From: Thermoanaerobaculia bacterium
GTDB lineage: Bacteria; Acidobacteriota; Thermoanaerobaculia; Gp7-AA8
Reading direction: 5' to 3'
Length of the DNA: 64,000 nucleotides
NCBI GenBank assembly: GCA_036385045.1
Contig: DASVLC010000138.1
Span: forward strand, 2,566-66,565
Shown: piece after piece, positions 36,901-45,850 of the stretch
Layout of the letters: the number at the start of each line of letters is the position of its first letter
How positions within the stretch are numbered: position 1 is the first letter of the stretch
Translations under genes and position numbers: made by a program
Notes under the pieces: model-generated
Told to the model about the DNA's origin: nothing
The model's database searches: none
The model's input: only the letters and a program-made list of their open reading frames with translations

Positions 36901-37321
36901 CACCGAGAGCACGGCAATGCAGAGTCCCGAGGCAAGTCTGCGGACGCTGCACGAGCTCAAGAAACTCGGCCTCCGCATCTCACTCGACGACTTCGGCACG
37001 GGGCATTCTTCACTCAGCTATCTCAAGCGCTTTCCAATCGACACACTGAAGGTGGACCAGTCGTTCGTACAGGACATCATCACCGATCCCGACACGGCCG
37101 CCATCGTCACTGCAATCATCGCAATGGCCCACAGCCTCCGGCTCAAGGTCGTCGCCGAAGGAGTGGAGTCGCCCGAGCAGGCAAATTTTCTCAGGAGACA
37201 GGGATGCGATCAGATGCAGGGCTTTCTCGTCACCGCACCTGTCATCGCGCGCGAGTTCTCACGCCTGCTGATGCAGGGAGAGTTTCCCGAAGCCGGCCAC
37301 GGCACTATGAGCCTGAGTTGA
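33908..37321 (+). CDS. Multidomain c-di-GMP turnover protein: PAS-GAF-PAS-PAS-PAS-GGDEF-EAL
   Basis: GAF segment around residues 170-330. Three PAS/PAC units (YRQMFENNRA..., EEQYRVIFDYAPVGI..., MTASMDGIGILD...). Intact GGDEF (RLGGDEFTVLL) and EAL (VEALLRW, DDFGTGHSSLSYL, KVDQSF). Confidence 0.9.
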   Translation: MTTPSQITPAADGASPRLMRAWRTLARLVRGERAASRDALRTSKAILKAQQEATLDGILVVDMRGKVLSFNRQFLEIWRIPEEVANRADDNELLGYAVEAVDAWEPFIETVNYLYEHPLEVRTADPVKLKDGRTLLRGSIPIIVDGEVRGRSWLFRDVSESVKADQLQSALFRIAQISREWSGPEAFYAAVHAVVGELMHARNFFIAEYDSRSDRLTFPYFVDEKDVTPQATCPGRGLTSWVLRNGQPLLATPDVFSTLLASGEVEQIGPASVDWLGVPLQTAGRTWGVIATQSYSERIRYTERDRDVLVFVAGHIASAIEHQRKEEALRKSESLYRQMFENNRAVKLLIDPETGAVTDVNRAACDFYGYPREVLTSMKIWDINIRSEAELRRSLDSAATSERTYFQFQHRRADGEIRDVEIHTGPVELNGRKLLYSIVHDITERKHAEQALHRSEEQYRVIFDYAPVGIYQSTRDGRFVTANAALARMLGYSSVEELTQLNLEQDVYLDAIQRQELIRRFEPFGYAESVELQWKKKDGSAIWVQLSAHAVRARDGGMFFEGFVYDITQRKRAEEMLRKHSAAMTASMDGIGILDERLEFSYVNESLSRLFGYSEPTALHGRSLCDLYEPQEQIRFVTSIVPIVHENGRWRGEAAGLRRDGHVFPQEISLTSIGGGGMVCVVRDVTERTYAEEQIKHLAYHDALTNLPNRLLFKDRLTVALSHAHRDDSRLAVLFLDLDRFKVINDSLGHTLGDQLLQAVATRVQSCLRDSDTVARLGGDEFTVLLPGLHHSEDAVPVATKIIDAIRHPIHLEGREFFITTSIGISLFPEDGTDAETLIKNADTAMYQAKELGRDNYQMFNAVVNAKALQRIALEHGLRRALAHEELEVHYQPILDFRTARITGVEALLRWTHPQMGSVPPATFIPLAEATGVMLPIGAWALRQACTQAKAWHDEGHRALSLAVNLSVTQLQQPDLVGLVQSVLADTGFPARLLELEITESTAMQSPEASLRTLHELKKLGLRISLDDFGTGHSSLSYLKRFPIDTLKVDQSFVQDIITDPDTAAIVTAIIAMAHSLRLKVVAEGVESPEQANFLRRQGCDQMQGFLVTAPVIAREFSRLLMQGEFPEAGHGTMSLS

Positions 37322-38627
37322 GCGATTCACGCCCCACGACAGGGCGCGTGGCGTCGTCGACCGTGGCTACACCAACCGCATTCTTGGTCGTCGATTTCAC
37401 CCTGTACATCGCGGCATCGGCCTGACGGATGAGAGTGTCTTTCGTCATGGCGTGGGTTGGATAGGTCGCGATTCCGAAGCTGGCGGTGATGAAGACGTCG
37501 ATCGTCTCGTCGATCTTCAGAGGCGCCGCAGAGATCGCGCGAGCGATACGATTCGCTACGGCCACCGCCTGTTCCTCATCCGTCTGCGGCAGGATGACGC
37601 AGAACTCGTCGCCTCCGAAGCGAACGACTTTGTCGATTCCGCGCACGGCGCCGAGGATGCGCTTTGCCACCTCCTGCAGCGTGCGTGAGCCACAGAGATG
37701 CCCGTACTCGTTGTTCACCATCTTCAGGTCGTCGAGATCGAGAAAGATGATGCTGAACAGAGTTCCGTAGCGGCGGGACCTCTCGATCTCCTCATCCAGA
37801 TAGGTTTCGAAAAAGCGGCGGTTGTAGGCTTTCGTCAGATCGTCCCTCATCGCCAGATCACGGCTGCGAGTGAGCTGATAGATGTTGGCCAGAACCTGCG
37901 TGACCGCCTCGAGATACTTCGTCACATTGGAGCTCGCGCCTTCCTCGATTTCGTCTTCCGGGGTCAGCCGCACACGGATGACGCCTATCAGGTCCTCCCT
38001 GACCTGGAGAGGCATGACCACCATGCCCCATCCTCTCTCATCCCGGGACATTGCGAGGTGTGTCTCGGAAGCAAGCGCCTGCTGCAGCAGCGCTGGAGGG
38101 ATACCGGGAAGAAAATCCAGACTCTCGCGAAGGTCGGGCTCGCTCGTATAACTGACGACATAGCGCTCCTGCCGCGGATCGTGGAGGAACAGCGTCGCGA
38201 AGGGGACGCCCAGAAGCGAGAGTGCCGTCGTCGTGATCTGCTCCGAGACAGCTTTCTCGTCGCCGATCGTCATCAGTTCGTGGATGTGACGGAGGTACGC
38301 CGCCTCGCGCTCCAGTTCCGAGGCATGATGCGCAGCGTCGACCAGATCAGCGGCGAACGCGAGAAACCGGGAAGCATCGGCGAGGAACACGTCCCTCTCC
38401 ACACACAGCTCCCCGGGGCGGCGCTGATCCTCGACTGGTCCGCACGAGAGAAACAGACGCACCAGGCTTCGCCCGGCGGGACGCTCCTCAGTTCCATCGA
38501 CAATGGCGATCCGGCACGATTCGCGAGACCCTTCCGTGTCGAGAAACGACCATCCGGGACACGACTCGCGCAGGGCGCCGACCAGGTCCTGCCGCTCCGA
38601 AAAGATGCCCGCTTCCAGCCGATTCAT
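37305..38627 (-). CDS. GAF-GGDEF diguanylate cyclase
   Basis: RDDLTKAYNRRFF, FLDLDDLKMVNNEYGH, RFGGDEFCVILP. GAF-like middle region. The 3' end overlaps the convergent gene 33908..37321 by 17 nt. Confidence 0.85.
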   Translation of the reverse strand: MNRLEAGIFSERQDLVGALRESCPGWSFLDTEGSRESCRIAIVDGTEERPAGRSLVRLFLSCGPVEDQRRPGELCVERDVFLADASRFLAFAADLVDAAHHASELEREAAYLRHIHELMTIGDEKAVSEQITTTALSLLGVPFATLFLHDPRQERYVVSYTSEPDLRESLDFLPGIPPALLQQALASETHLAMSRDERGWGMVVMPLQVREDLIGVIRVRLTPEDEIEEGASSNVTKYLEAVTQVLANIYQLTRSRDLAMRDDLTKAYNRRFFETYLDEEIERSRRYGTLFSIIFLDLDDLKMVNNEYGHLCGSRTLQEVAKRILGAVRGIDKVVRFGGDEFCVILPQTDEEQAVAVANRIARAISAAPLKIDETIDVFITASFGIATYPTHAMTKDTLIRQADAAMYRVKSTTKNAVGVATVDDATRPVVGRESLNSGS

Positions 38628-38815
38628 GATTCTGAGGCGTCAGTGTAAGGCATACGGGGACTGGGGCTGAGACTCGTCAGCGTTTTATAAGCACGGCTAT
38701 CCTCGCGTGTTCATACCTGTCGTCCGAGCAAAGGACGCCGGCCTGCCTGCGCGCCTGAGGAAGGAAACGCGAGTCCCTCGTACGCGAAGGCTCACTCCCA
38801 GTGTTTCTTGCGGTT

Positions 38816-39060
38816 CTGAGCGCCGCGTAGCGGCAGCCGGATGGTAGCCGGGGGTGCGAAGCGAAGCGTAGCACCCCCGGCTACCGCGCACCAACCAGTG
38901 TGCCGCGTAGCGGTACCGGACAACACACGTGCACTGCCGTGGGCAGGGTTGTGGTCCGGTGCCGCGATGCGGCACACTGTCTTGCGAAGTTGACCGGGGG
39001 TCTGAGCGCATCCGCGCTCAGACCCCCGGCTACCGTCCGCAGCCGCTACGCGGCTGTACG
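38816..39060. repeat. Cluster of perfect GC-rich hairpins in a divergent intergenic region
   Basis: GGTAGCCGGGGGTGC-13 nt-GCACCCCCGGCTACC (38843-38885, 15-bp perfect stem). CCGGGGGTCTGAGCGC-ATCC-GCGCTCAGACCCCCGG (38994-39029, 16-bp perfect stem). GTGCCGC-GAT-GCGGCAC (38959-38975). Recurrent CCGCGTAGCGG / CCGCTACGCGG motifs. Confidence 0.85.
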
Positions 39061-39125
39061 CCGGATTCAGCGCGCGTTCTTCCCCCTCAGACGCGCGCCA
39101 CAGTTGCGCAGATCACCAGCCTCCC

Positions 39126-39950
39126 ATGCGAATTCTTCAGATCGTGACGTCAGGCGCATCCGAATACGAGCGGAAGTCCCAGCGTATCGACCACGCCGCG
39201 CTCAGCGAAACGTGCGAGATGATCGTTGCTTCTCCCGATGATGCCGCCACCGTTACAGCCGACCTGGCTCACGTCTATCTGTCCAAAGGGGCGGACGCGG
39301 GCAAACTCTCTTCGCTGGCGGTCCCCCTCGTTTCCTCCATTCCTCTCCCCCCTCCTCGCTGGTCGTGGCGCAAACGAAAGATCGCGCAGGTGGTCGTCTC
39401 TCCTTTGAGGAGTGAGGAGCTGAAATTCGTCCCCGAGGCAGTTGAGCAGACGTACTGGGAGTCAGCTGAAACGGTGCGACGCGAACGGGGAGAGGACGAC
39501 GTCCGCGTCGTCGGGTCGTACTTCCGGCCCAACGTCATGAACATGATCGAGCAGACCCTGTTGCGAGCTCAGCGGTTCCGTTCGGACGTGATCTGGAAGC
39601 GTTTCAGCCATCCGCCACGGGCCGCCGATCTCCGGGCGATCGACCTCTGGGTCGATCCGACGGGCGACTACGCCGACCTCGACGGCTTCGTCGCTGAAGC
39701 CATGGTCGCCGGCCTTCCGGTGATCGCGACGAGGACTCCGATCAACTCGATCCGGACAGAAAATGGACGGACGGGAATCCTGGTCCCCATTGACGATCCG
39801 AACGAGTTGACTCATGCGATACTTACCGCCCTGTTCAAACCGGAGACGGTCACTGGCAGACAGCAGGCCGCTCTTCAGACGCTCGCGAAATTCAAACCTC
39901 GCCAGCGGCTTCGGGCGCTTGTTCAGCTATACCGGACCCTGATCCCATGA
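39126..39950 (+). CDS. Glycosyltransferase (short GT4-like)
   Basis: MRILQIV N-terminus. C-terminal motif GFVAEAMVAGLPVIATRTPINSIRTENGRTGILV. 274 aa is short for the family. Confidence 0.65.
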   Translation: MRILQIVTSGASEYERKSQRIDHAALSETCEMIVASPDDAATVTADLAHVYLSKGADAGKLSSLAVPLVSSIPLPPPRWSWRKRKIAQVVVSPLRSEELKFVPEAVEQTYWESAETVRRERGEDDVRVVGSYFRPNVMNMIEQTLLRAQRFRSDVIWKRFSHPPRAADLRAIDLWVDPTGDYADLDGFVAEAMVAGLPVIATRTPINSIRTENGRTGILVPIDDPNELTHAILTALFKPETVTGRQQAALQTLAKFKPRQRLRALVQLYRTLIP

Positions 39951-41245
39951 ATCTCCTCGAGGACCTCCCCAACCTACAGCGCAGGACAATCGACGCCATC
40001 CTGGATGTTTCGGCCGGGAAGGGCTGCCATCCGTATCTCGTCGGGGGACCTGTCCGTGACCGGTTGCTGAAGAGGAAGTCGATCGACATCGATCTGACCC
40101 TCGAGGAAGGCAGCTCGACGCTCGCCCGCGCCCTGGCGAAGAAGATAAACGGACGGGTGCGTTCGTTCCCTCAGTTCCTGACCTACAAGGTGGTCGCAGA
40201 GGGATATCCAGACATCGACATCGCGACGTCACGGAAAGAGCGCTACCGCAAGCCGGGCGCCCTCCCCGCGGTCACAGCTGGCCGGCTGAAGGACGATCTC
40301 ATCAGGCGTGACTTCAGCATCAACGCGCTCGCTCTAGACCTCACGACGGGATCACTTCACGATCCCTCGGGCGGTGTCGCCGACATCGATGCACGAGTCG
40401 TCAGGGTCCTGCACGACCGCAGCTTCGTCGACGATCCGACCCGAATCTTTCGGGCCATCCGGCTCGCCTCCAGACTGGGCTTCGAGATCGAACCGCACAC
40501 GCAAACCCTCCTGCAGAGCGCAGTCGAGGAAAACGCTCTCGCCACCGTTTCGAGGGAGAGGCTCTGGCGTGAGCTTTTCCTCGCGATGGACGAGCAGGAG
40601 GCGCCGGCAATTCTCACGTCCCTCGGATCGGCCGGCACGCTCGATATCCTCTTCGGCCGAAGGCCTTCCGTCGACGACCAGGCCCGTTTCGCCGAGGCTC
40701 AACGACTCTTCGAGGAGGACCCGACACTCGATCGAGCCGTCCTGTTCACCGGTCTGCTCCTGCACGGCGACGCGTCACCGGTAGATTTCGAAGGCTCGGG
40801 TTTCTCGCAGAAGCGCGCGCGTACAGTGGTGGAGATCGCCAACGAGACCCCGCGTCTCGAGGAGCTACTCACACGGGCATCCAACGAAGCAGAAAAATTC
40901 CGCATCTATCGCAGGATTTCTCCCGAAATGCTCGCCCTTCTTCGCACCAGGCTCTCTATCGAGGACCCGTCCATCCAGCGATTCCACGAGTTCGAGAGGT
41001 TCGTCCTTCCGATCCGGGGAAACGATCTCGATGTTCCGCCGGGCCCCCACGTCGCTTTGGCCCTCGAAAAAACGCGGCAGGCTGTCTTCAGTGGAGAGAT
41101 CTCGGTCGATGAGGCCCGCGCCTACGCACGTGACGCGGCTCGCAGGCTCTTCCAATCGCTGAAGGAGACCTCCGAAATCGCGACGGATTCGGTCCAGACG
41201 TTCCCTGCCGGCGACCAGCAGGAGCTGCGCGAGCGGAACGGCTAA
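39947..41245 (+). CDS. cca: CCA tRNA nucleotidyltransferase / poly(A) polymerase family protein
   Basis: LVGGPVRDRLL...DIDL head-domain motif and RDFSINALA. ATGA overlap with the preceding gene. Confidence 0.8.
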   Translation: MNLLEDLPNLQRRTIDAILDVSAGKGCHPYLVGGPVRDRLLKRKSIDIDLTLEEGSSTLARALAKKINGRVRSFPQFLTYKVVAEGYPDIDIATSRKERYRKPGALPAVTAGRLKDDLIRRDFSINALALDLTTGSLHDPSGGVADIDARVVRVLHDRSFVDDPTRIFRAIRLASRLGFEIEPHTQTLLQSAVEENALATVSRERLWRELFLAMDEQEAPAILTSLGSAGTLDILFGRRPSVDDQARFAEAQRLFEEDPTLDRAVLFTGLLLHGDASPVDFEGSGFSQKRARTVVEIANETPRLEELLTRASNEAEKFRIYRRISPEMLALLRTRLSIEDPSIQRFHEFERFVLPIRGNDLDVPPGPHVALALEKTRQAVFSGEISVDEARAYARDAARRLFQSLKETSEIATDSVQTFPAGDQQELRERNG

Positions 41246-41288
41246 GTCATCGCGCCCGGCGGTTCCGTATTGCCGTATCATCAGAGAC

Positions 41289-42059
41289 GTGATCCGCGGC
41301 CTCTTTCTGCTGTTTGCCGGATTCCTGGCCCTCTCGGTGACGGCTCAGCATGACATCACCAAGGTCGATCCTGCACCGCCAGAGTCGGCAATTGCGACGC
41401 CTCTTCCCGAGAAGCAGGAGCGGCGACTCAAGAAGTACGAGATTCAGGAGCTTGCCGGCGCCAGACAGGCACTCGGCTCACAGCTGATTGACGGCCGCCT
41501 GCCAAAGCCACTGATCGACTTCGTGACGCACGAAGGAAGTGTCGAACAGCGCCTCTCTGTATTCGAGGGAGGACTCGTGGTCGTGGCGATGACCGGGGCG
41601 GCTTCGATCCGCAAGAAGGTACTGATCCCCGAAGACGCGCTCGATGCCTATCTCGAGGCCGTCTCGCCCGACGGACTGCAGCGGGTAGATGCACGATCCC
41701 TGGCCATTCCGGAGCGCGAAAGAACGGCACGACTTCGTGTCTACCGGGAGGATGGCTCTCACGTCGAGCGGATCTTTCACCCGGGTCGGGTTCTGCCGAA
41801 ATCACTCGGCGACCAGCTCGGTCCCCTTCGCGACCTCCTTCGCGCGGTCTCCGAAGACAGGAGCGTCACCTCGTCGGTGGCAGGCTATGAGCCTCAGATA
41901 GGCGACGAGCTCGTGGCCGACGATCACAAGGTCTATCGGGTCGAACGGCTGATTGGCGGCGCCGGCGTGGTCGAATTGCGATGCCTCGATGCGCCTGCGA
42001 CCATCTTCGTCATGAAAAGCGATCTTCACCTCTACTTCATCGGTAGACGTCCACAATGA
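41289..42059 (+). CDS. Hypothetical secreted protein
   Basis: GTG start. Signal peptide MIRGLFLLFAGFLALSVTAQ. No recognised domain. Confidence 0.5.
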   Translation: MIRGLFLLFAGFLALSVTAQHDITKVDPAPPESAIATPLPEKQERRLKKYEIQELAGARQALGSQLIDGRLPKPLIDFVTHEGSVEQRLSVFEGGLVVVAMTGAASIRKKVLIPEDALDAYLEAVSPDGLQRVDARSLAIPERERTARLRVYREDGSHVERIFHPGRVLPKSLGDQLGPLRDLLRAVSEDRSVTSSVAGYEPQIGDELVADDHKVYRVERLIGGAGVVELRCLDAPATIFVMKSDLHLYFIGRRPQ

Positions 42060-42099
42060 GGGTCGCTTCTGCGACGGCCTGTAACCCGAATCCGACTGC

Positions 42100-42645
42100 A
42101 TGAACGCATTGCGAGTGACTGCAGGCAGTCTGCGCGGCCGGCGAATCGCAATCCCCAGGGGAGATGTTCGGCCTACCTCCGAGCGCGCCCGGCAGGCGTT
42201 CTTCGACATTGTCGGAAGCCGGATCGTGGACGCTCATTTTCTTGACCTCTTCGCAGGTAGCGGCATCTTCGCGTTCGAGGCAGTCTCTCGCGGGGCACGC
42301 CAGGCGGTGGCTGTCGATTCCTCCCATGTGCACACCCGCGCCATCGAGTCGATGGCGCGCGAGTTGAAAGCTCCCGTCCGGACGATCACCGCGGATGTGC
42401 TTGCCGGGATTACGCGACTTGGCAGCGAGGTTTTCGACGTGATCTACGCCGATCCCCCTTACGACTGGCCACACTACGACGAGTTGCTCACCGCCATCGA
42501 CTCGGGCGCAGCTTTGGCAGATGATGCCGTGGTAGCGATCGAGCACCGGCGGAGAACAGAACCCTTCACAACGACACCATCCCGCCTCCGTTTGCAGCGT
42601 CGCGCTGAATACGGAGAAATCTGGATCAGTTTTTTCATTAGCTGA
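42100..42645 (+). CDS. rsmD: 16S rRNA (guanine966-N2)-methyltransferase RsmD
   Basis: LDLFAGSGIFAFEAVSRGA and DPPY motifs; 181 aa. Confidence 0.85.
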   Translation: MNALRVTAGSLRGRRIAIPRGDVRPTSERARQAFFDIVGSRIVDAHFLDLFAGSGIFAFEAVSRGARQAVAVDSSHVHTRAIESMARELKAPVRTITADVLAGITRLGSEVFDVIYADPPYDWPHYDELLTAIDSGAALADDAVVAIEHRRRTEPFTTTPSRLRLQRRAEYGEIWISFFIS

Positions 42646-42651
42646 GGTTGC

Positions 42652-43653
42652 ATGGCCGATCAGAAGACAAGCATCGCACTGACTCTCGACGAGCAGCAGA
42701 CCCATACGCTTTTTGGCAATCACGACGAAAACATCCGTTCCATCGAGGATGCGTTCGCGGTGAAGATCTCCTCCCGCGGCAACGAGCTCTTCGTAAACGG
42801 GACTCCGGAGAAGACCGCCGCAGTCGAAAAGCTGATCGATGAGTTCCAGCGTCTGATCGGTGACGGATACCCTCTGAAGAAATCAGACGTGCAGACCGGC
42901 ATCCGGGTCGCGCGAGAGCGGCCCGACACGAACCTCGTCGACTTCTTCACCGACGATGCGGTTCAGCAGTCCGTCCGCCGGATCGTCACTCCTCGGAACA
43001 TGGCGCAGAAACTCTATCTGCAGGCGGTCAGTGACTACGACATCGTCTTCGCTGTCGGCCCCGCGGGTACCGGCAAGACCTACCTCGCCGTCGCGGCGGC
43101 CGCCGCGGCACTGCATGAGAAGCAGATCAAGAGGATCATCCTCTGCCGGCCGGCGGTCGAGGCAGGCGAGCGGCTCGGCTTCCTTCCCGGTGATATCGCC
43201 GAGAAGGTGAATCCGTACCTTCGGCCTCTCTACGATTCGCTCTACGACATCATCGGGTTCGAGAAGGTCGAGAAGCTCATGGAGAGGAGCGTCATCGAGA
43301 TCGCTCCCCTCGCCTTCATGCGCGGCCGCACACTGAACGATTCATTCATCATTCTCGACGAGGCCCAGAACACGACTCCCGAGCAGATGAAGATGTTCCT
43401 GACTCGCCTCGGCTTCGGTTCGAAAGCGGTCGTGACCGGCGACATCACACAAGTGGATCTGCCGGAAGGGAAAAAATCGGGACTGCGCGAAGTGCGTCGG
43501 ATCCTCGAGCACGTCGACGATCTGAAGTTCTTCGATTTCAGTGACCGGGATGTCGTCCGACATCCGCTCGTCGCCAAGATCGTCACCGCCTACGACAAGA
43601 TCGATCGCGAGAAGGCCGCAGCCGAGGCGGAGCGCCAGACAGCAGCCTCGTGA
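42652..43653 (+). CDS. phoH: PhoH family ATPase (PhoH/YbeZ)
   Basis: Walker A GPAGTGKTYLAV, Walker B FIILDEAQN. Conserved position upstream of ybeY. Confidence 0.9.
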   Translation: MADQKTSIALTLDEQQTHTLFGNHDENIRSIEDAFAVKISSRGNELFVNGTPEKTAAVEKLIDEFQRLIGDGYPLKKSDVQTGIRVARERPDTNLVDFFTDDAVQQSVRRIVTPRNMAQKLYLQAVSDYDIVFAVGPAGTGKTYLAVAAAAAALHEKQIKRIILCRPAVEAGERLGFLPGDIAEKVNPYLRPLYDSLYDIIGFEKVEKLMERSVIEIAPLAFMRGRTLNDSFIILDEAQNTTPEQMKMFLTRLGFGSKAVVTGDITQVDLPEGKKSGLREVRRILEHVDDLKFFDFSDRDVVRHPLVAKIVTAYDKIDREKAAAEAERQTAAS

Positions 43654-43665
43654 GAGGGCGATTGA

Positions 43666-44115
43666 TTGAACGTCGAGATCAGCGGCGCCGCGATTCCCCG
43701 CTTCAGCCGGCGGGAGATCACCGCGTGGACACGCCGGGCTTTACGCACCCTCGAGCGGGGTGGACATCTTCACGCCTCGATCGGCGAGGTTGCGATCGCC
43801 TTCGTCGACGACGCCGCCATGGCGGAACTCAACAGAACGTTTCGCCGGAAAAACCGGACAACCGACGTCCTCACCTTTCCGGCAGACGAGTCTGACGCCG
43901 ACCCCGAATCGAAATCCAGGCCGCTGGGAGAAATCGTCATCTCTCTCGACCAGGCAAAACGACAGGCTCGGGACGAACGTCACTCTCTCCCCACCGAGCT
44001 ACGCTATCTCATCCTCCACGGCATCCTCCATGCGCTCGGCCACGACCACGAAACCGATCAAGGTGAGATGAACGCGCTGGAGCTCGAGCTTCGCGCGAAA
44101 GTCGGACTCGCGTAG
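43666..44115 (+). CDS. ybeY: rRNA maturation endoribonuclease YbeY
   Basis: Zn-binding motif HGILHALGHDHE. 149 aa with a TTG start. Confidence 0.9.
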   Translation: MNVEISGAAIPRFSRREITAWTRRALRTLERGGHLHASIGEVAIAFVDDAAMAELNRTFRRKNRTTDVLTFPADESDADPESKSRPLGEIVISLDQAKRQARDERHSLPTELRYLILHGILHALGHDHETDQGEMNALELELRAKVGLA

Positions 44116-44192
44116 GCGGAGACTGGGAGCGATCTGCGACCCTCATCCTGAGCTCACAGCGGCGCGGACGCCGGTAAAGCGAAATGTTACAG

Positions 44193-44292
44193 CTGTCATC
44201 CTGAGAGCGTGAGGATCTGGGTGCGTGTGCGGTGCGATGCAAGTGAATGGCACCGTCCCTCCCCCAGACCCCTCGCTACGCTCGGGATGACG
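44193..44292. repeat. Family B ~100-bp palindromic element (copy 2)
   Basis: CTGTCATCCTGAGAGCGTGAGGATCTGGGTGCG...CCCCAGACCCCTCGCTACGCTCGGGATGACG. Homologous to 29856-29960 and 54109-54213. Confidence 0.8.
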
Positions 44293-44340
44293 TGCACCGT
44301 TAGGCTGCGCCGGTGCTTACTACATCGCCCGACCAGTTGC

Positions 44341-44531
44341 CTGTCATCCCGAGCGGGCGGCGGGCGGGTGGCGAGGGATCCCTGAATCGACGACCCGGCA
44401 AGTACGGGCGCCGGGCACCTTCGGTCACAGGCGATGCACAGTGATGGCGCGCCGGCAAGGGATCCCTCTCCGTCCTCCGCCCCTCACGCCCTCACATCCA
44501 CCCCCGGGGCTCCGGCGGCTCGGGATGACAG
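44341..44531. repeat. Family C 191-bp element (copy 2)
   Basis: Termini CTGTCATCCCGAGCGG ... CCGGCGGCTCGGGATGACAG form an inverted pair. Internal blocks are shared with 30026-30207 (reverse complement) and 57957-58160. Confidence 0.85.
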
Positions 44532-44563
44532 GCACGGTTAGACTGCGCCGGCCCCCACAAGCC

Positions 44564-45718
44564 TCAGTCGATCGCGATGACTCCGTCCTTCCAGAGTTTG
44601 TGAAAGATCAGCATCGCGTCCGTCTCGCGGATCGGACTGATCTTGATCAGTGACCCGATGTCCCACTGTCCATTCACCCGCGAGAGGATGAACCCCTCGT
44701 TCGGCGAGAAGTTCATGCCGGTGATCTCCTCGAAGCTCTTGGCAACACGCGGAACTTTCGAGTCGGAGAGTCCCTGTCCGCGGAGCTCTCCGAGAATGAC
44801 AGTTTCCGCTCCCCTGCTTGCGGAACGCACCTTGGTGTTGTTCGGGTCGAGATTCAGAGCCGCCCGCAGGAGGCGCTGCGTCTTCTCGTAGTCGCGCGCC
44901 TTGAGAGCATTCTGCGCGGCGCTCAGAAGCGACTGCACCTCATCGTCTTCATTGAACTCGCGCGGCGGCGGAGGAGCCACCACCGCGGGCGCGTCCCCAA
45001 CGGCTGCTTCTTTTGCAGGATCCTCGAGCCGGACGTAGCCGTGCCGCACCAGCGCGGAGACGGTGGAGGAGACGGTGAACTCGGATGACCGGCTCTCGAG
45101 GACAATGCCGGCAATGGTCCGTCGTCCGTCAATCGCACGGACGATCTGCTCCTCGACCTCTTCGAGCTCGGTGTCGACCGGCTTCACCGGGACCGGGACC
45201 ATTCCGTCGTGAGGTACTGTCTCACGAATGCGGACCCATTCGTCGACGCGCCGGGTGCCCTCCATGATGATTCCCGTCACGTCGACCTGAAGGGAGATCA
45301 TCTCCATCTGCGGCAGCTCATCGTCGACGAAATAGAACTCACCGTCGTTCCAGAGAAACACATCGTAGATCTCTTCCTCTGCCTTCAGCCGCATCAGGCG
45401 CTGCAGGTCCTGCTCGGTGATTACATCGATCATCACGAGAATCTTGCCAAGCAGGATGCCCGACTGGAGCTGGACCTCCATCGCCTTCTTGAGCTCCGGC
45501 TCGGTGAGAAAGCCGTGGCTCATGAGGAACTGTCCCAGGTACTCGCGCGGATCGTTGGATGCCGACGAGATCACACGCCCCGAGCGGAAGAAAATCCGCT
45601 TCTCTACCCTCTGGTTTCGGATGAACAGCGTTCCGGTCTTCTGCCCCAGGCTAAGCCATTGGAGAAGGTCGCCCGGGAGCATGGTCTGAAGGGTTCCGGA
45701 AAGGGCCATCGCATTCAA
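44564..45718 (-). CDS. DUF4388 (PatA-like) domain protein with MshEN/T2SSE_N-like segment
   Basis: N-terminal LSGTLQTMLPGDLLQWLSLGQKTGTLFI is typical of DUF4388. GQFLMSHGFLTEPELKKAMEVQLQSGILLGKILV resembles GspE N-terminal domains. Domain names are from memory. Confidence 0.7.
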   Translation of the reverse strand: MNAMALSGTLQTMLPGDLLQWLSLGQKTGTLFIRNQRVEKRIFFRSGRVISSASNDPREYLGQFLMSHGFLTEPELKKAMEVQLQSGILLGKILVMIDVITEQDLQRLMRLKAEEEIYDVFLWNDGEFYFVDDELPQMEMISLQVDVTGIIMEGTRRVDEWVRIRETVPHDGMVPVPVKPVDTELEEVEEQIVRAIDGRRTIAGIVLESRSSEFTVSSTVSALVRHGYVRLEDPAKEAAVGDAPAVVAPPPPREFNEDDEVQSLLSAAQNALKARDYEKTQRLLRAALNLDPNNTKVRSASRGAETVILGELRGQGLSDSKVPRVAKSFEEITGMNFSPNEGFILSRVNGQWDIGSLIKISPIRETDAMLIFHKLWKDGVIAID

Positions 45719-45850
45719 AAAGCCGAGAGATTATAACTGCGACATATCGGCTCACCCGGGGGCGTAGCTACCCCGCTCCGCTCCATCATTGCACGAGGCG
45801 AGCCGAGCATTCTGCTGGCAACTGGAGGCCAGCACCATTACATTACGGTC

